A DNA stretch of 64,000 nucleotides, from the NCBI GenBank assembly GCA_030867685.1, contig JAQOWU010000007.1, forward strand, positions 2,108,001 through 2,172,000. Reading direction: 5' to 3'. This DNA comes from Wickerhamiella versatilis. Lineage: Eukaryota. A model generated the notes under the pieces. It was not told the DNA's origin. It saw nothing but the letters and a program-made list of their open reading frames with translations, and made no database searches. Both the position numbers and the translations under genes were made by a program. Each line of letters starts with the position of its first letter. Within the stretch, counting starts at the first letter, position 1. Below, in pieces: positions 1-10,088 of the stretch.

Positions 1-289
1 GGCGAATTTCAGGGCGCGCCTCCAGGTAAATGGTTTTCTTGGCCATTAGGAGCCCGGTAGTCGTATGACGCACCTTAGCAACTACCCCACCGTTGCCATG
101 ACCCAGAACCTTGATATGTTCCAAATCCCTCCCTTGAACATGAAGATCCAACTCGCAACCTACTAAAAGATGCAAGTCGTCACTGGGAATACCACCACCC
201 GCATTGCTCGAGGCTGATAAGCTCTCTGGGTTCAATTGAAGGTGTTTATGGTTTTTACGCTTCAGAGAGTGGGGTCCACTGAATACCAT
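1..289 (-). CDS. STE7: MAP kinase kinase Ste7, N-terminal part (runs off window edge)
   Basis: Manual translation from ATG 289: MVFSGPHSLKRKNHKHLQL (MAPK docking motif) ... LEHIKVLGHGNGGVVAKVRHTTTGLLMAKKTIYLEARPEIR (kinase subdomains I-II of the Ste7/MEK type). Not in the ORF track. Confidence 0.85.
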   Translation of the reverse strand, partial: MVFSGPHSLKRKNHKHLQLNPESLSASSNAGGGIPSDDLHLLVGCELDLHVQGRDLEHIKVLGHGNGGVVAKVRHTTTGLLMAKKTIYLEARPEIR

Positions 290-443
290 CCCGCCACCTG
301 GTCAGTGTGTCTTATGTCACTCCACCTGCATATAAGTAGAAATAGACCTAGATAAAATTCTCTGATAATTTTAAATATAGTTGTACACTAGTGGCTAAAT
401 ATATGATTGATGCTTTATTTTATAATAAGAGAGAGAAAATGTC

Positions 444-1061
444 TCATTCCTCCTCGCTGGTAGGACCATCGTCATGTGCAGCATATCCAGAAGTACCTAA
501 AACCACTGAATTTTGTCTTGAATTTTGAGGTTCATCATTAAGCTCATCAGCAATTGCTTCAGCTAATCCGTCAAAGTCATCGTCCTCTGCGGATGCCTGT
601 GCTGGCGGCTTGGCTTCAGCCATAGACCGCTTTTCCACCTTTTGCCTCGTCTCAGACGAAGATGTCGGTGCTGGGTTCTTAGCAGGCAACTTAGGAGGTT
701 TCTGTCGCATTTGGAGATGTTGCCTGGAGGGAGCGCGCAGAATATGCGATTTCGAAGGTTGCGCAGAGCTGGCACGCGAAGGTCGCTCACGCACGGGATT
801 GGCAACCATATCGCAGCCCACTGTCTTTATTTCATAAGATTGTTCTTTATCGTTCCACAATAGTATGCAATCAACATCCCGTGCCCGTTCTGCATGGCCT
901 CGGAAGGAAGCACCTCCCTTCATTTCCACAGCATGAGCGTTCCCATCCCGCCGAAGAGATAATGGTGAATCCGAAGGATTAGAGAGATACCTTAATGTAA
1001 ATCCCTCATCTTTTGGGACCTCCTGACGGAAGGAGCTGTCAACCTTGACTGGAAACGCCAT
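444..1061 (-). CDS. ELL-associated factor (EAF) family elongation factor-like protein
   Basis: N-terminal FTLRY...FRG...DCILLWNDKEQSYEI resembles the EAF domain; low-complexity middle and acidic tail. Confidence 0.6.
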   Translation of the reverse strand: MAFPVKVDSSFRQEVPKDEGFTLRYLSNPSDSPLSLRRDGNAHAVEMKGGASFRGHAERARDVDCILLWNDKEQSYEIKTVGCDMVANPVRERPSRASSAQPSKSHILRAPSRQHLQMRQKPPKLPAKNPAPTSSSETRQKVEKRSMAEAKPPAQASAEDDDFDGLAEAIADELNDEPQNSRQNSVVLGTSGYAAHDDGPTSEEE

Positions 1062-2517
1062 GTGGGAAGGTATGATTAAGAGTCAGCTTATACCTTTCTT
1101 AATGCTTCCTATAAAGTTAAAACTTGATGCAGCGGAGGAAAGTGTGAGAAGTGTTCTTTTGGGCGCGGCTCGCGATTTTTCTGCCAGAAATGGGAAGGCC
1201 GTTTGCCTGAGGTTCACCGGGGGCTGGGTCCGCGATAAGATTTTGCAGAAAACATCGCATGACATTGATGTTGCAATCGATACGGCGACTGGAGAAGAAT
1301 TTGCTTCCAGTGTACACGAATATCTTAAAAACACTGGAGCATTGCCATCATCATCAGTACATACAATCGCTCGCAATCCGGACAAGTCAAAACATCTCGA
1401 AACAGCCACCATGAAAATTGGCCCACTAGACGTTGATTTTGTAAATCTGAGGTCTGAGGACTATATTGGCGACTCTAGGGTACCTGTAATGAAGTTTGGC
1501 ACCCCGCAGGAGGATGCTTTGCGAAGAGATGCAACCTTGAACGCTCTATTTTACAACCTTGCTGACGACAAAGTTGAGGACTTCACTGGAAAAGGTATTG
1601 AGGACTTGCGTCATGGCATACTTAGAACTCCGCTTGACCCCAGCGTAACCTTTAGGGATGATCCATTGCGTATACTTCGTTTGCTACGCTTTGTAGCTCA
1701 GTATGACTTCACGCTTGCATCAGATGCTGCTGCTGCAATTTCAGACCCCATGATAGGTTGCAAAATAGCTCGCAAAGTGAGTAGGGAGCGTGTTGGCACG
1801 GAACTGGCGAAGCTGGTGGCAGCCCCGTATGCTCTTAAAGGGCTTTCTGAGATGGTGAATCTGGATGTGTTGCGATATGTATTCAGTATGCCACCAGGAT
1901 ATACATGTAATTCGAAGCCAGATACAGAATGGGTCAATCTTGCTGAGATCGAACAGGCTGCTTCGGTATTATCAAATTTGTCGTTCAAGATTGAAGACCT
2001 CGGATCCATTTGGTTGGCCGTGTGCTTGAAAAATTGGAACGGCCATCTTTTCCTTAACTCGAAAAAGAAGTTAGAAAGTGCTGCAGGAGTGTTTATCCGT
2101 GAAGGTGTTAAGCTACCCCGTGCGCGAGGGGTTTTGGTAGACCAATTACTAGCATCTGTCGAACCCGTTCATAATTTGGCATTCCAAGATCATTCTAGAC
2201 GGATGTATGGAGAGTTTGTGCGTGCAAATGGCGAAACTTGGCCTATGTGTTTAGCATTTACTGCTTGTGTCCACCAAGATCAAGAGAGCCTTCAAAAAAT
2301 TGAAAACCTCTACACTACCATCAACGATCTAGGCCTTGAGACTGCATACGATCTAAAACCTCTGCTTGATGGTAATCAGATTAGACAGATTTTTGCGGGG
2401 CGCAAAGGCGGGCCTTGGCTCCGCGAGGCTTCCGTTGCGGTGATGAATTTCCAACTTGACAATCCACAAGCTAAGCCGGAAGAAATCGCGGAACATCTTA
2501 AAAAAAACATCATTTAG
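1060..2517 (+). CDS. CCA1: CCA tRNA nucleotidyltransferase
   Basis: LRFTGGWVRDK, DIDVA, SKHLETA, DFVNLRSE, EDALRRDATLNALFYN, DDPLRILR; in-frame ATGs at 1060, 1072 and 1102, true start uncertain. Confidence 0.95.
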   Translation: MWEGMIKSQLIPFLMLPIKLKLDAAEESVRSVLLGAARDFSARNGKAVCLRFTGGWVRDKILQKTSHDIDVAIDTATGEEFASSVHEYLKNTGALPSSSVHTIARNPDKSKHLETATMKIGPLDVDFVNLRSEDYIGDSRVPVMKFGTPQEDALRRDATLNALFYNLADDKVEDFTGKGIEDLRHGILRTPLDPSVTFRDDPLRILRLLRFVAQYDFTLASDAAAAISDPMIGCKIARKVSRERVGTELAKLVAAPYALKGLSEMVNLDVLRYVFSMPPGYTCNSKPDTEWVNLAEIEQAASVLSNLSFKIEDLGSIWLAVCLKNWNGHLFLNSKKKLESAAGVFIREGVKLPRARGVLVDQLLASVEPVHNLAFQDHSRRMYGEFVRANGETWPMCLAFTACVHQDQESLQKIENLYTTINDLGLETAYDLKPLLDGNQIRQIFAGRKGGPWLREASVAVMNFQLDNPQAKPEEIAEHLKKNII

Positions 2518-2576
2518 TGACGCTACCTTAACGTTAGTCTAATTAATACCATCTCATAACTGCATATAAATTCGAT

Positions 2577-5282
2577 TTATTTTCGATTGAATATAGTACG
2601 CCATAGGGTCATTGTGAGGAAGCAAATGCACCCTATAAACCGTACTATAGCAATAACAGCGTTTGACCAAAGCAGTACAGCGAAAAAATAAGAGATGCGC
2701 TTACGAACGCTCTCGTTCATGCTAGTTTGCTGGCTACCCGTCGATGTGATGGCCCAAGCCAATACAACATTTGAAATCAGCCAAATCACAATCAGATATG
2801 TGCGGAAAACACGGTTCTGATCGTCCAATGAAATGGATTTAGACTCCTTAGGTGGCTTATAAGGCGCCAATGCTCTTTGGACCACTTCCTGGAACCGCTG
2901 ATCAATATCTTCAACCGTGAGAATCGGCTCCTCAACAACCGCTTTGTCTCCTGACTTGACCGCCTTAGCTTCTGGCAGATACTCAACGGTGTTCGACCCT
3001 TTGGTTCCCCATGAGACGTCATGCCAGTTGCAGAATGCATATACGTTTATGACATTAACAAATGACGGCATAAGAAAGATGTATTGGGCAAAAGAATGGA
3101 ATATATGCCATGGGTCTAAGAACAGGAAGCCAGTCACAATATACAAACCAAAAGTCGAACCAAGCGCAACTATGATAAGCATTGTTGTATTCTTGAAGAA
3201 GTTGCTCATAAGATCGCTGAGTGAATCAGCTTGGATATGGGTGAGGCCATTTACAGCAAGCCATAGTGCAATAATTATCGCATAAATTTGAGCCACTCCG
3301 AAGACCGTTACCATGGTATAGTACATCCAGCGACTCCCTTTTGGCTTATTTCCCAGCGCCAAAAGAAATGAGAGTACGACAAATAGCATATAGACATTTC
3401 TTACAATGATCGAAATGATGCTTGAAACAGGCTGTGGGAAAGGAAACGCGTTATCATCGTTCGCAGACCCAAAGGCTTTGGGGTTAGCAGAAAGTTCAAT
3501 AATGATAGTGATTGTAAGAAAATAGCAACCCAAGTTAAACCAAGTCAGAATCTGCTGCAGAATGTTATATGCAAATTGTAGGTGAAGAGCGAGAAGCCTT
3601 AAAGGATTATGGGATGAACGATACACTTTCCCGAAGTGGATCAAACCATATATACCTGCAGCGAACGAGCCATTGAGCCAGCGTCTCCGCTGACCCATCA
3701 ATTCGGCAATACCATCGGGTACATCTGTCTCTGCTTTAGATGATTTGACATATGTTAAATGCCATTTTGCTCCCTTTTTAAAACAAACCTCAAAACACAG
3801 GATTCTGTCCTCTGCCAGGAACATATTTTTCCGGAAAATAGACATGCCATTAATTCCCTTGGATCCAAGCCGTTCGGTGAGGGTATGATCGCCATGGAAA
3901 TATTGTTCAAGCGGGCGTCCCTCGACGGCAGAATACCTATATGCACTAAATGCACCGGGCAAAACAGAAATATATCCAAACGTCGATTCCAATGGTTTAT
4001 CCAGTATATTCGATATCTTGTACTCAAAATTTTGTGCTGCTACAAGGGGGTTCACCAAATAGTGGTTACCGCGTCCCAGCATTGCATGTATTTCACCACA
4101 AGCGCCACCTACATTCTTATCGTTGTAGAAAGCTTGCCACAGATTCAGAAGTGATTTGGATTGTGGCTTGGTACCGGCATCAATCAGACAAACCACCTCT
4201 GGCTTAAGTATAGGGCATATCGCGTCAAATACCCATCTGTGCGAATTGATCTTTTGCGCATTTTTCTGCTTCAAACACATAATCATTTGCACAGGAGGCA
4301 GAGAGTCTGAATTCCCTTCCTCAGGGGTAACGAGCAACTGATTAGGAGAAACACACAGCTGGGTCGTGTACTCAAAGATGTGAGCAACAGTTTCCTCGCC
4401 ATTCACATTTTTCTTCATAACACCGTCCTGGTAGATACCCATTGTGGCCATCATGTCGAGCACTCCCTTATCACAAGGGTCAATACCATCCATGACCAAC
4501 ACAACGCAGATCTTCTTCCAGGCAGGTCCACCATGGGTCCAGAAAGCAGAGCGTTTCAATTTGCATATATCGCGAATATTTTGCATTATTCCATAAATTG
4601 TCCTGGCAGTGAGCTGCTTGTCTTCATTGTAATAGGTAACACAAACAAGCAGCTCCGTTTTCCGCTCGTACTCTGCAATTCTAAGGTTGTATCCATTCTC
4701 AGGTCTGAAGTCATCAGGATCACATGTTGCAGCAGTATAGCGCATGTGGCTGAATTCTGTCAGCCCAGATTCAGCATCGCGGTGCTCTGGAAGTACACTT
4801 GCCTGCACTGCCGTGGGTACGCGATATTCGGTTTGGAAAATCTGGCCCTGGACGAGGTTCACCTTACGAGTGCCATAACGTTTCAATTTACTTATATTCT
4901 GACGTCGAGCCCAATCTGCGTTACTATCATTATCATCGCCATCTGACATTGAGGGCGTCTGCACCGCCTCCGGCTTCATTGAAAGTCGCTTTTCCGCATC
5001 GCCATCAATAGAGTTCTGCTCCCACATATCCTGCTCATCCTCATTCTCGCTTGAAGGGTAAGGCACAGCTTGAGAATTTGTCCGCGCATGCAAATTGTTT
5101 GGGATTCTAGGAAAAGTGGGCTCATCATCGGAGTCGGATGGATACGCTAGTGGTCTAGCTCCGAGGTCACCACTTAACTGAAAATCTGAGGGGTTTCGAG
5201 GAGTGTATGGCTCATAGTTTTCATCATCAAATGGGTTATCGCCATCCCACTCTTCCTCATGACCCGGTCGATGGTAGCTCAT
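2577..5282 (-). CDS. Chitin synthase, division 1, class III-like
   Basis: KINSHRW, LAEDRILCF, QRRRW, HDVSWGTKG; MRYTAATCDPDDF...NGYNLR and GGPAWKKI are typical of class III; C-terminal TM helices. Confidence 0.93.
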   Translation of the reverse strand: MSYHRPGHEEEWDGDNPFDDENYEPYTPRNPSDFQLSGDLGARPLAYPSDSDDEPTFPRIPNNLHARTNSQAVPYPSSENEDEQDMWEQNSIDGDAEKRLSMKPEAVQTPSMSDGDDNDSNADWARRQNISKLKRYGTRKVNLVQGQIFQTEYRVPTAVQASVLPEHRDAESGLTEFSHMRYTAATCDPDDFRPENGYNLRIAEYERKTELLVCVTYYNEDKQLTARTIYGIMQNIRDICKLKRSAFWTHGGPAWKKICVVLVMDGIDPCDKGVLDMMATMGIYQDGVMKKNVNGEETVAHIFEYTTQLCVSPNQLLVTPEEGNSDSLPPVQMIMCLKQKNAQKINSHRWVFDAICPILKPEVVCLIDAGTKPQSKSLLNLWQAFYNDKNVGGACGEIHAMLGRGNHYLVNPLVAAQNFEYKISNILDKPLESTFGYISVLPGAFSAYRYSAVEGRPLEQYFHGDHTLTERLGSKGINGMSIFRKNMFLAEDRILCFEVCFKKGAKWHLTYVKSSKAETDVPDGIAELMGQRRRWLNGSFAAGIYGLIHFGKVYRSSHNPLRLLALHLQFAYNILQQILTWFNLGCYFLTITIIIELSANPKAFGSANDDNAFPFPQPVSSIISIIVRNVYMLFVVLSFLLALGNKPKGSRWMYYTMVTVFGVAQIYAIIIALWLAVNGLTHIQADSLSDLMSNFFKNTTMLIIVALGSTFGLYIVTGFLFLDPWHIFHSFAQYIFLMPSFVNVINVYAFCNWHDVSWGTKGSNTVEYLPEAKAVKSGDKAVVEEPILTVEDIDQRFQEVVQRALAPYKPPKESKSISLDDQNRVFRTYLIVIWLISNVVLAWAITSTGSQQTSMNESVRKRISYFFAVLLWSNAVIAIVRFIGCICFLTMTLWRTIFNRK

Positions 5283-5538
5283 GTCGAATGTTTACAAAAT
5301 ACCCTTCGCGGGTTTAAACTAGGAGTGATTAGTCAGAATCGCGAATAAATTTAGTTGGATTACGCAAATGATCATATTGTCATGGCCTCGTCTGAGGATA
5401 GGTTCTTGGTGGTCTTTGTTGTATAATTAGAATTTGCTTGCTCTTTCTTTATATGTACGGAGAATCTAGCCGAATATACATCCAGTTCCGCAAGCTTCTC
5501 ACCAAACCTTCTGTGGCTGATAGATTAGTAACCAGATG

Positions 5539-5548
5539 CTATTTATAG
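5539..5548. promoter_or_regulatory. Putative Rlm1 (MADS) site upstream of chitin synthase
   Basis: CTATTTATAG matches CTA(W)4TAG, about 260 bp upstream of the CHS start. Confidence 0.35.
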
Positions 5549-5671
5549 TAAGTAATAAGACCTACGGAAAAGACACGCACATAGCGTGTGCAAGAAGATC
5601 TAGATCATTCAAAAATATTTAAAGATAAGGTATCTGAGTAGTAAATATAATTAGTTTATTACCATGAGTCG

Positions 5672-8600
5672 TTAAATGGCATCTTCGTAGTGTTCTTCAT
5701 GGTCATGATCCCGTTGTTCGAGGAATTGCTCCTGTTCCTCTAGCTCCTGAGCAAGAACTGGAACAGTCTCAGGTAAAGGATCAGGTTCTTTGGGCGGTTC
5801 GCTAATCACAGGGTGATCATCATTGTTAGTAGTGGCTTGTGCGCGGATCCATGCGAGCCATGGGTCGGTCTGCAGTTCAAGTGCAGTGGGCCTATGGGCA
5901 GGATCTCTATCCAATGCTCTCAGCAGAAACCGCTGACACTCTTTCGAGGCCTGCTCGTCTGTGGGCATTTGCGGTAATTTGGATCCGGCAATATGGTACA
6001 TGATGCTGAAGTCATTGTCTAGGTGAGCCCACGGTCTTCTTCCAGTGACCATCTCTAAAACGCAGCAGCCCACAGACCACACGTCGATAGCCCCGAAGCG
6101 ACCACCAGGCTTGCCCAGAATAACTTCCGGTGACATGTACATTGGTGTTCCAGTTAAGGATCCAAGACGGGTCCGCGACGAGGAATTGCCACCTATTGTC
6201 TGGCGGTTCTTAGCGATAACCTTAGCCGCGCCAAAGTCTACAATCTTAACCTCGCCCTTATAATCCAAAAGAATGTTTTCAGGTTTGATATCCCGATGTA
6301 AGATTCCTGACTGATGAAGATAGGCAAGGCCCTCCAGAATTTGAAGAGAATAGGTCTGGGTGACGAACTCATCCTCAAACCTACCATACTCTAACATGCG
6401 AGAAAGAGAAGACTCACAATATTCCATAAATATAAACACACGTTCGCGATGTACTTCAACTCCAAAGTATTGTACAACATTAGGATGCGAAAGCATCTCA
6501 AGAACAGTCATCTCATCCTTGATACTGCGCAACACATGGCCCATGGATTGTGGACTTGTGATACGCACCTCTTTCACAGCAATTACCTGGCCGGAATCCA
6601 GGTCATGGGCCTGGTAAACAGATCCGAAGGCTCCGCTTCCAATGTACTGACCTTGCTGCCATCGAATTGATGTATTGCTGAGGGAAGAAGATGCAAAACT
6701 GAGAAACTCTACCTCTGTGTTTGATGTGTCCAGCACTTTACCAGCAGAAAATCTCTTAGACCGCCGATCCTCAAGTGCAGCAAGCTTTTCAAGAATTGAT
6801 TCATGCTGCAAGGCAATAAGCTCATCATCATCCTTAAGCGCTACACGGGAATAGTGTCCAAGTAGTCTAGAGTTATCTCGCGCATCGCGTGCAAATGCAG
6901 CCTTGGATCGAGCACCCATGATATCGAAATGAGAGATCAGCAGTGTGACGCAATCAGCAACTTTTCTCCTCAACTTCAAGAATTGAGAATCACTAATAGC
7001 AACAATATTGACACCCCTTGTCATTACCATAGCAAATTCAAGAGCCATTACTGTAGCCTTAAAGGTCTTGGGATCACTTGGCGGGCAGTCGTCTGACACA
7101 AATGAAACCCATTCTATTGCCAGGTCGATAAGTCTCAGTGCCATGCTTCCTCGTTTCGAGGGGCTCATAATCGAAAGCCCACGCTGACCGAATTCTCGTG
7201 CGAACGCAAACAGCAATTGAACAGTTTCGGGACTGTTGTATGGCCGCATACGATGCCTAAACGACATTGCGGAAGTGATAACTGAATAAGACAACTTGTA
7301 AAACAGGGCTCTCGACTTTGTTAGTTCCAAATCTACCTTTGCCAGATTCGATCTCCGGAAGACAATGATATTGAGGGAGTCAAGCCACTTGTGAACTGAG
7401 CGGAACGCAGCTAGCTCCGCATGTCCACCTTGGACCACTAGACGAACACGGCCTGCACTGACAGGCTTCACATGTTCGCTTAGCGTCTCCATATGAAATA
7501 TATCGCCATCCCAAACCAAAGGCTCCTTAATGCTGAACATTAAGATGGCTTCCACTTCTGTACCAGAAGTTTCAGAGCCCACTGACTTTGTATCTCCAGT
7601 TAAAACAACCGTATCAGTGGAAACGCTAGCACGAGGAGGCTGATCGCTAGGACGCGTCCGACAGTGGCCATGCAGCAAATTACGGATAGTCTGGGGTTGA
7701 TCTCTCAATCCCGGCGATGCAAATGTATATATACCCATACGCTCCATTGAGCCCACAAAAACCAGGAAAAACCCATTTTTGCGGATTTCTGAAATAAAGT
7801 CCTTCATCTTCAGGTTCGATAGCGTATATTCTGATGCGTTATCGTACCTATTGCACATAAGCCTGTAATAACGAAGAAGCTTACGCTGTGAGCTACGGAT
7901 ATTTTCAATTGAAGGCCTGAACCAACGCTCTATCTCGCTCGGGGTCCAATTCGGAGGCCCAGCGGCACGACGGTTCCAGTAGTCCTGCAGTCGATCGAGA
8001 CAACGAGCAAGCAGAGTTGTAAATCTTTCCGCGACGCTAATATCACCTCCCTCAATAAGCCTACAGGTCTCTTGCAAAAATAAATAGTGCTGTTCCAGCT
8101 GTTCAATATTCTGAAACGAGCGGTGGAATGGCTCTGCCTGCTGATCCCGTGTATTGCCACCCAAAAATTTGTTGCTAAGCAATTCAAGATAAAGAGAGAT
8201 GCATTCAAGCATTGCTGTATTCAAAATATCAACCTCTTTGCGCTGGAAGAACCAGCCCTTGTCAAAAAGAGGTTTCGTGAAATGCTGATATTCCTCCGTC
8301 AAAAATAATCCCAAGGTCATATATTCCTGTAATCTAAGTATCGTTTCGTCGTTGTTTTCTCTTCGTACATGCGCCGGCTCGTGACGGACGTAAGCCAATC
8401 TAAGCCGGATAACCTCACGAATAATTTTGAAAGGGAATGCCATCACAGGTTCGAGGCTGACATGGAAGAGGGGTAGACCTACAGCCAGAAAGTCCTGAGC
8501 ATAATCTATCGTGCATTGACGTGCGCGTTCAATTAAAGGAAAGATGCATGCTTGTACCCTGTTCTTGAACAGGTACCTCAAGGCAGATTTCTGCTTGGAT

Positions 8601-9448
8601 ATATGCTCTACCAGAGAATCTCCACCATTTTGAGGACGCTCTGTGGGGTCTGCAGCATCATTACCGGTCCAAACCGTTAGTAACTTGAGCTCGAGCAGTA
8701 TGGACTGAGTAACAGTAAACCAGGCGGTTAAAGCATTGACACGAGTTTTGAATTCTTGACTCGCATATTTAGGATAAGAATTAGCCAATGCCTTACAATC
8801 GGGCCACAGCGCCTCGCACTTGGAGAGGGAATCAAGCAGCTCTTTGACCTCAAAAAATGGTTCTCTCACGCTTTCATATTGGCTCTCAAGACGAAAATTC
8901 GTGATTCTATTGAGAACTTCCGGTGTAGTGGATCGTGAGATGGTCAAGTAACGTCTTTGCTCTCCGATACTGCGACCGCAAACCTTAGCCCGTAACTCAA
9001 GCCATCGCTCTTCGGTGTCTTCAACTTGGTAAGGAGAAGAACGTGTTCCTCTAATTCTAGTTTTCTCACTGGTAAAAATCTCACCAGTCAATACTGACGT
9101 GAGCATCGATTGCCATTCCGTCCGTTCCCTGAGCTTATCGCGATTCTTCAGTCCAGGAGCAAGAGCACTACCCGCGCCTGCTGTGTCCAAGAACTTATAT
9201 GAGCCACTCAGATCAGTATATGCATCATCGAATGAGGTTCCAAGCCCACCAAACCCCTCAAATTCAGCATCCAGGTCCTCCTCGTCGTCACTAGTGATTT
9301 CTGTGTTCAACGACAACGATGGTCTCCGCTCCCTGCGCTCCATACGTTCACGCTCATCCTCAGTGTCGACAGCTGAGTTTTGATCGAGCGACACCAACGA
9401 CAAATTGCTCCGCACTTGCGGTGGAGAAGTTGGTAATGGTATGCTCAT
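5672..9448 (-). CDS. SSK2: HOG pathway MAPKKK Ssk2/Ssk22
   Basis: EWQSMLTSVLTGE, ISHFDIMGARS, RWQQGQYIGSGAFG, HRDIKPEN, GTPMYMSPE; first ATG at 9448. Confidence 0.93.
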   Translation of the reverse strand: MSIPLPTSPPQVRSNLSLVSLDQNSAVDTEDERERMERRERRPSLSLNTEITSDDEEDLDAEFEGFGGLGTSFDDAYTDLSGSYKFLDTAGAGSALAPGLKNRDKLRERTEWQSMLTSVLTGEIFTSEKTRIRGTRSSPYQVEDTEERWLELRAKVCGRSIGEQRRYLTISRSTTPEVLNRITNFRLESQYESVREPFFEVKELLDSLSKCEALWPDCKALANSYPKYASQEFKTRVNALTAWFTVTQSILLELKLLTVWTGNDAADPTERPQNGGDSLVEHISKQKSALRYLFKNRVQACIFPLIERARQCTIDYAQDFLAVGLPLFHVSLEPVMAFPFKIIREVIRLRLAYVRHEPAHVRRENNDETILRLQEYMTLGLFLTEEYQHFTKPLFDKGWFFQRKEVDILNTAMLECISLYLELLSNKFLGGNTRDQQAEPFHRSFQNIEQLEQHYLFLQETCRLIEGGDISVAERFTTLLARCLDRLQDYWNRRAAGPPNWTPSEIERWFRPSIENIRSSQRKLLRYYRLMCNRYDNASEYTLSNLKMKDFISEIRKNGFFLVFVGSMERMGIYTFASPGLRDQPQTIRNLLHGHCRTRPSDQPPRASVSTDTVVLTGDTKSVGSETSGTEVEAILMFSIKEPLVWDGDIFHMETLSEHVKPVSAGRVRLVVQGGHAELAAFRSVHKWLDSLNIIVFRRSNLAKVDLELTKSRALFYKLSYSVITSAMSFRHRMRPYNSPETVQLLFAFAREFGQRGLSIMSPSKRGSMALRLIDLAIEWVSFVSDDCPPSDPKTFKATVMALEFAMVMTRGVNIVAISDSQFLKLRRKVADCVTLLISHFDIMGARSKAAFARDARDNSRLLGHYSRVALKDDDELIALQHESILEKLAALEDRRSKRFSAGKVLDTSNTEVEFLSFASSSLSNTSIRWQQGQYIGSGAFGSVYQAHDLDSGQVIAVKEVRITSPQSMGHVLRSIKDEMTVLEMLSHPNVVQYFGVEVHRERVFIFMEYCESSLSRMLEYGRFEDEFVTQTYSLQILEGLAYLHQSGILHRDIKPENILLDYKGEVKIVDFGAAKVIAKNRQTIGGNSSSRTRLGSLTGTPMYMSPEVILGKPGGRFGAIDVWSVGCCVLEMVTGRRPWAHLDNDFSIMYHIAGSKLPQMPTDEQASKECQRFLLRALDRDPAHRPTALELQTDPWLAWIRAQATTNNDDHPVISEPPKEPDPLPETVPVLAQELEEQEQFLEQRDHDHEEHYEDAI

Positions 9449-9716
9449 ACAGTGTCTCAAGGTGCTCAGTCAGCGTTATGCTTAACTCGTATCCTGGATG
9501 CCGATGCTCAAATGCAAGGGTGGAAACTTTCGAGATTATATCTATAGCTGAGAAATAATTGAAAATGGTCGTATCTTCATTACTTACAAGTTTAGGTTTC
9601 ACGTGTTCGTCACTAGGATTTCATTATGAACCACCCTTGCAACATACACCACCACCACTGAACTAGTCATAAATCACATCAAGGGCATAATAAAAATTAG
9701 AAAAGAAAGAGGTGGA

Positions 9717-10088
9717 TCAATCATAGAGAACTTCATTCACAAGCAGTAATGGCAGATCCTTCACAGCATCACTTGGCTTGAATAACGCGTCCTGCCCTGC
9801 AATCCTCGCATCAAGATCAGTAATGGTTTCCAACGAACTTGGTTTGTATGTAAGGTATCCTACATTATAGCAGCTCAATGCTATGTATGTATACAACATT
9901 GACATCAGCAGAAATGCTGGAATCGCGACCGCCCAATAGCGGGAAGGGTAGTAATGTACTCCTATGGCTTCTAGCCAAGAGCTTGGGGTGGCTGCCCATA
10001 AGAAATAGGCTATCAGGGTGACTGAAGCACCCACATACATGGCAAACCCCACATATTCTTTACCCGGTGGCAACGCACTCGGTGACAT
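9717..10088 (-). CDS. GPI19: GPI-GlcNAc transferase subunit PIG-P
   Basis: EYVGFAMY, YFLWA, GVHYYPSRYWAVAIP, DLPLLLVNEVLY; two TM helices. Confidence 0.9.
   Translation of the reverse strand: MSPSALPPGKEYVGFAMYVGASVTLIAYFLWAATPSSWLEAIGVHYYPSRYWAVAIPAFLLMSMLYTYIALSCYNVGYLTYKPSSLETITDLDARIAGQDALFKPSDAVKDLPLLLVNEVLYD

Noticed and set aside
9360..9602. 80-aa ORF overlapping the SSK2 5' end
   Set aside because: GTG start, different frame, no recognisable motif; SSK2 has its own ATG at 9448
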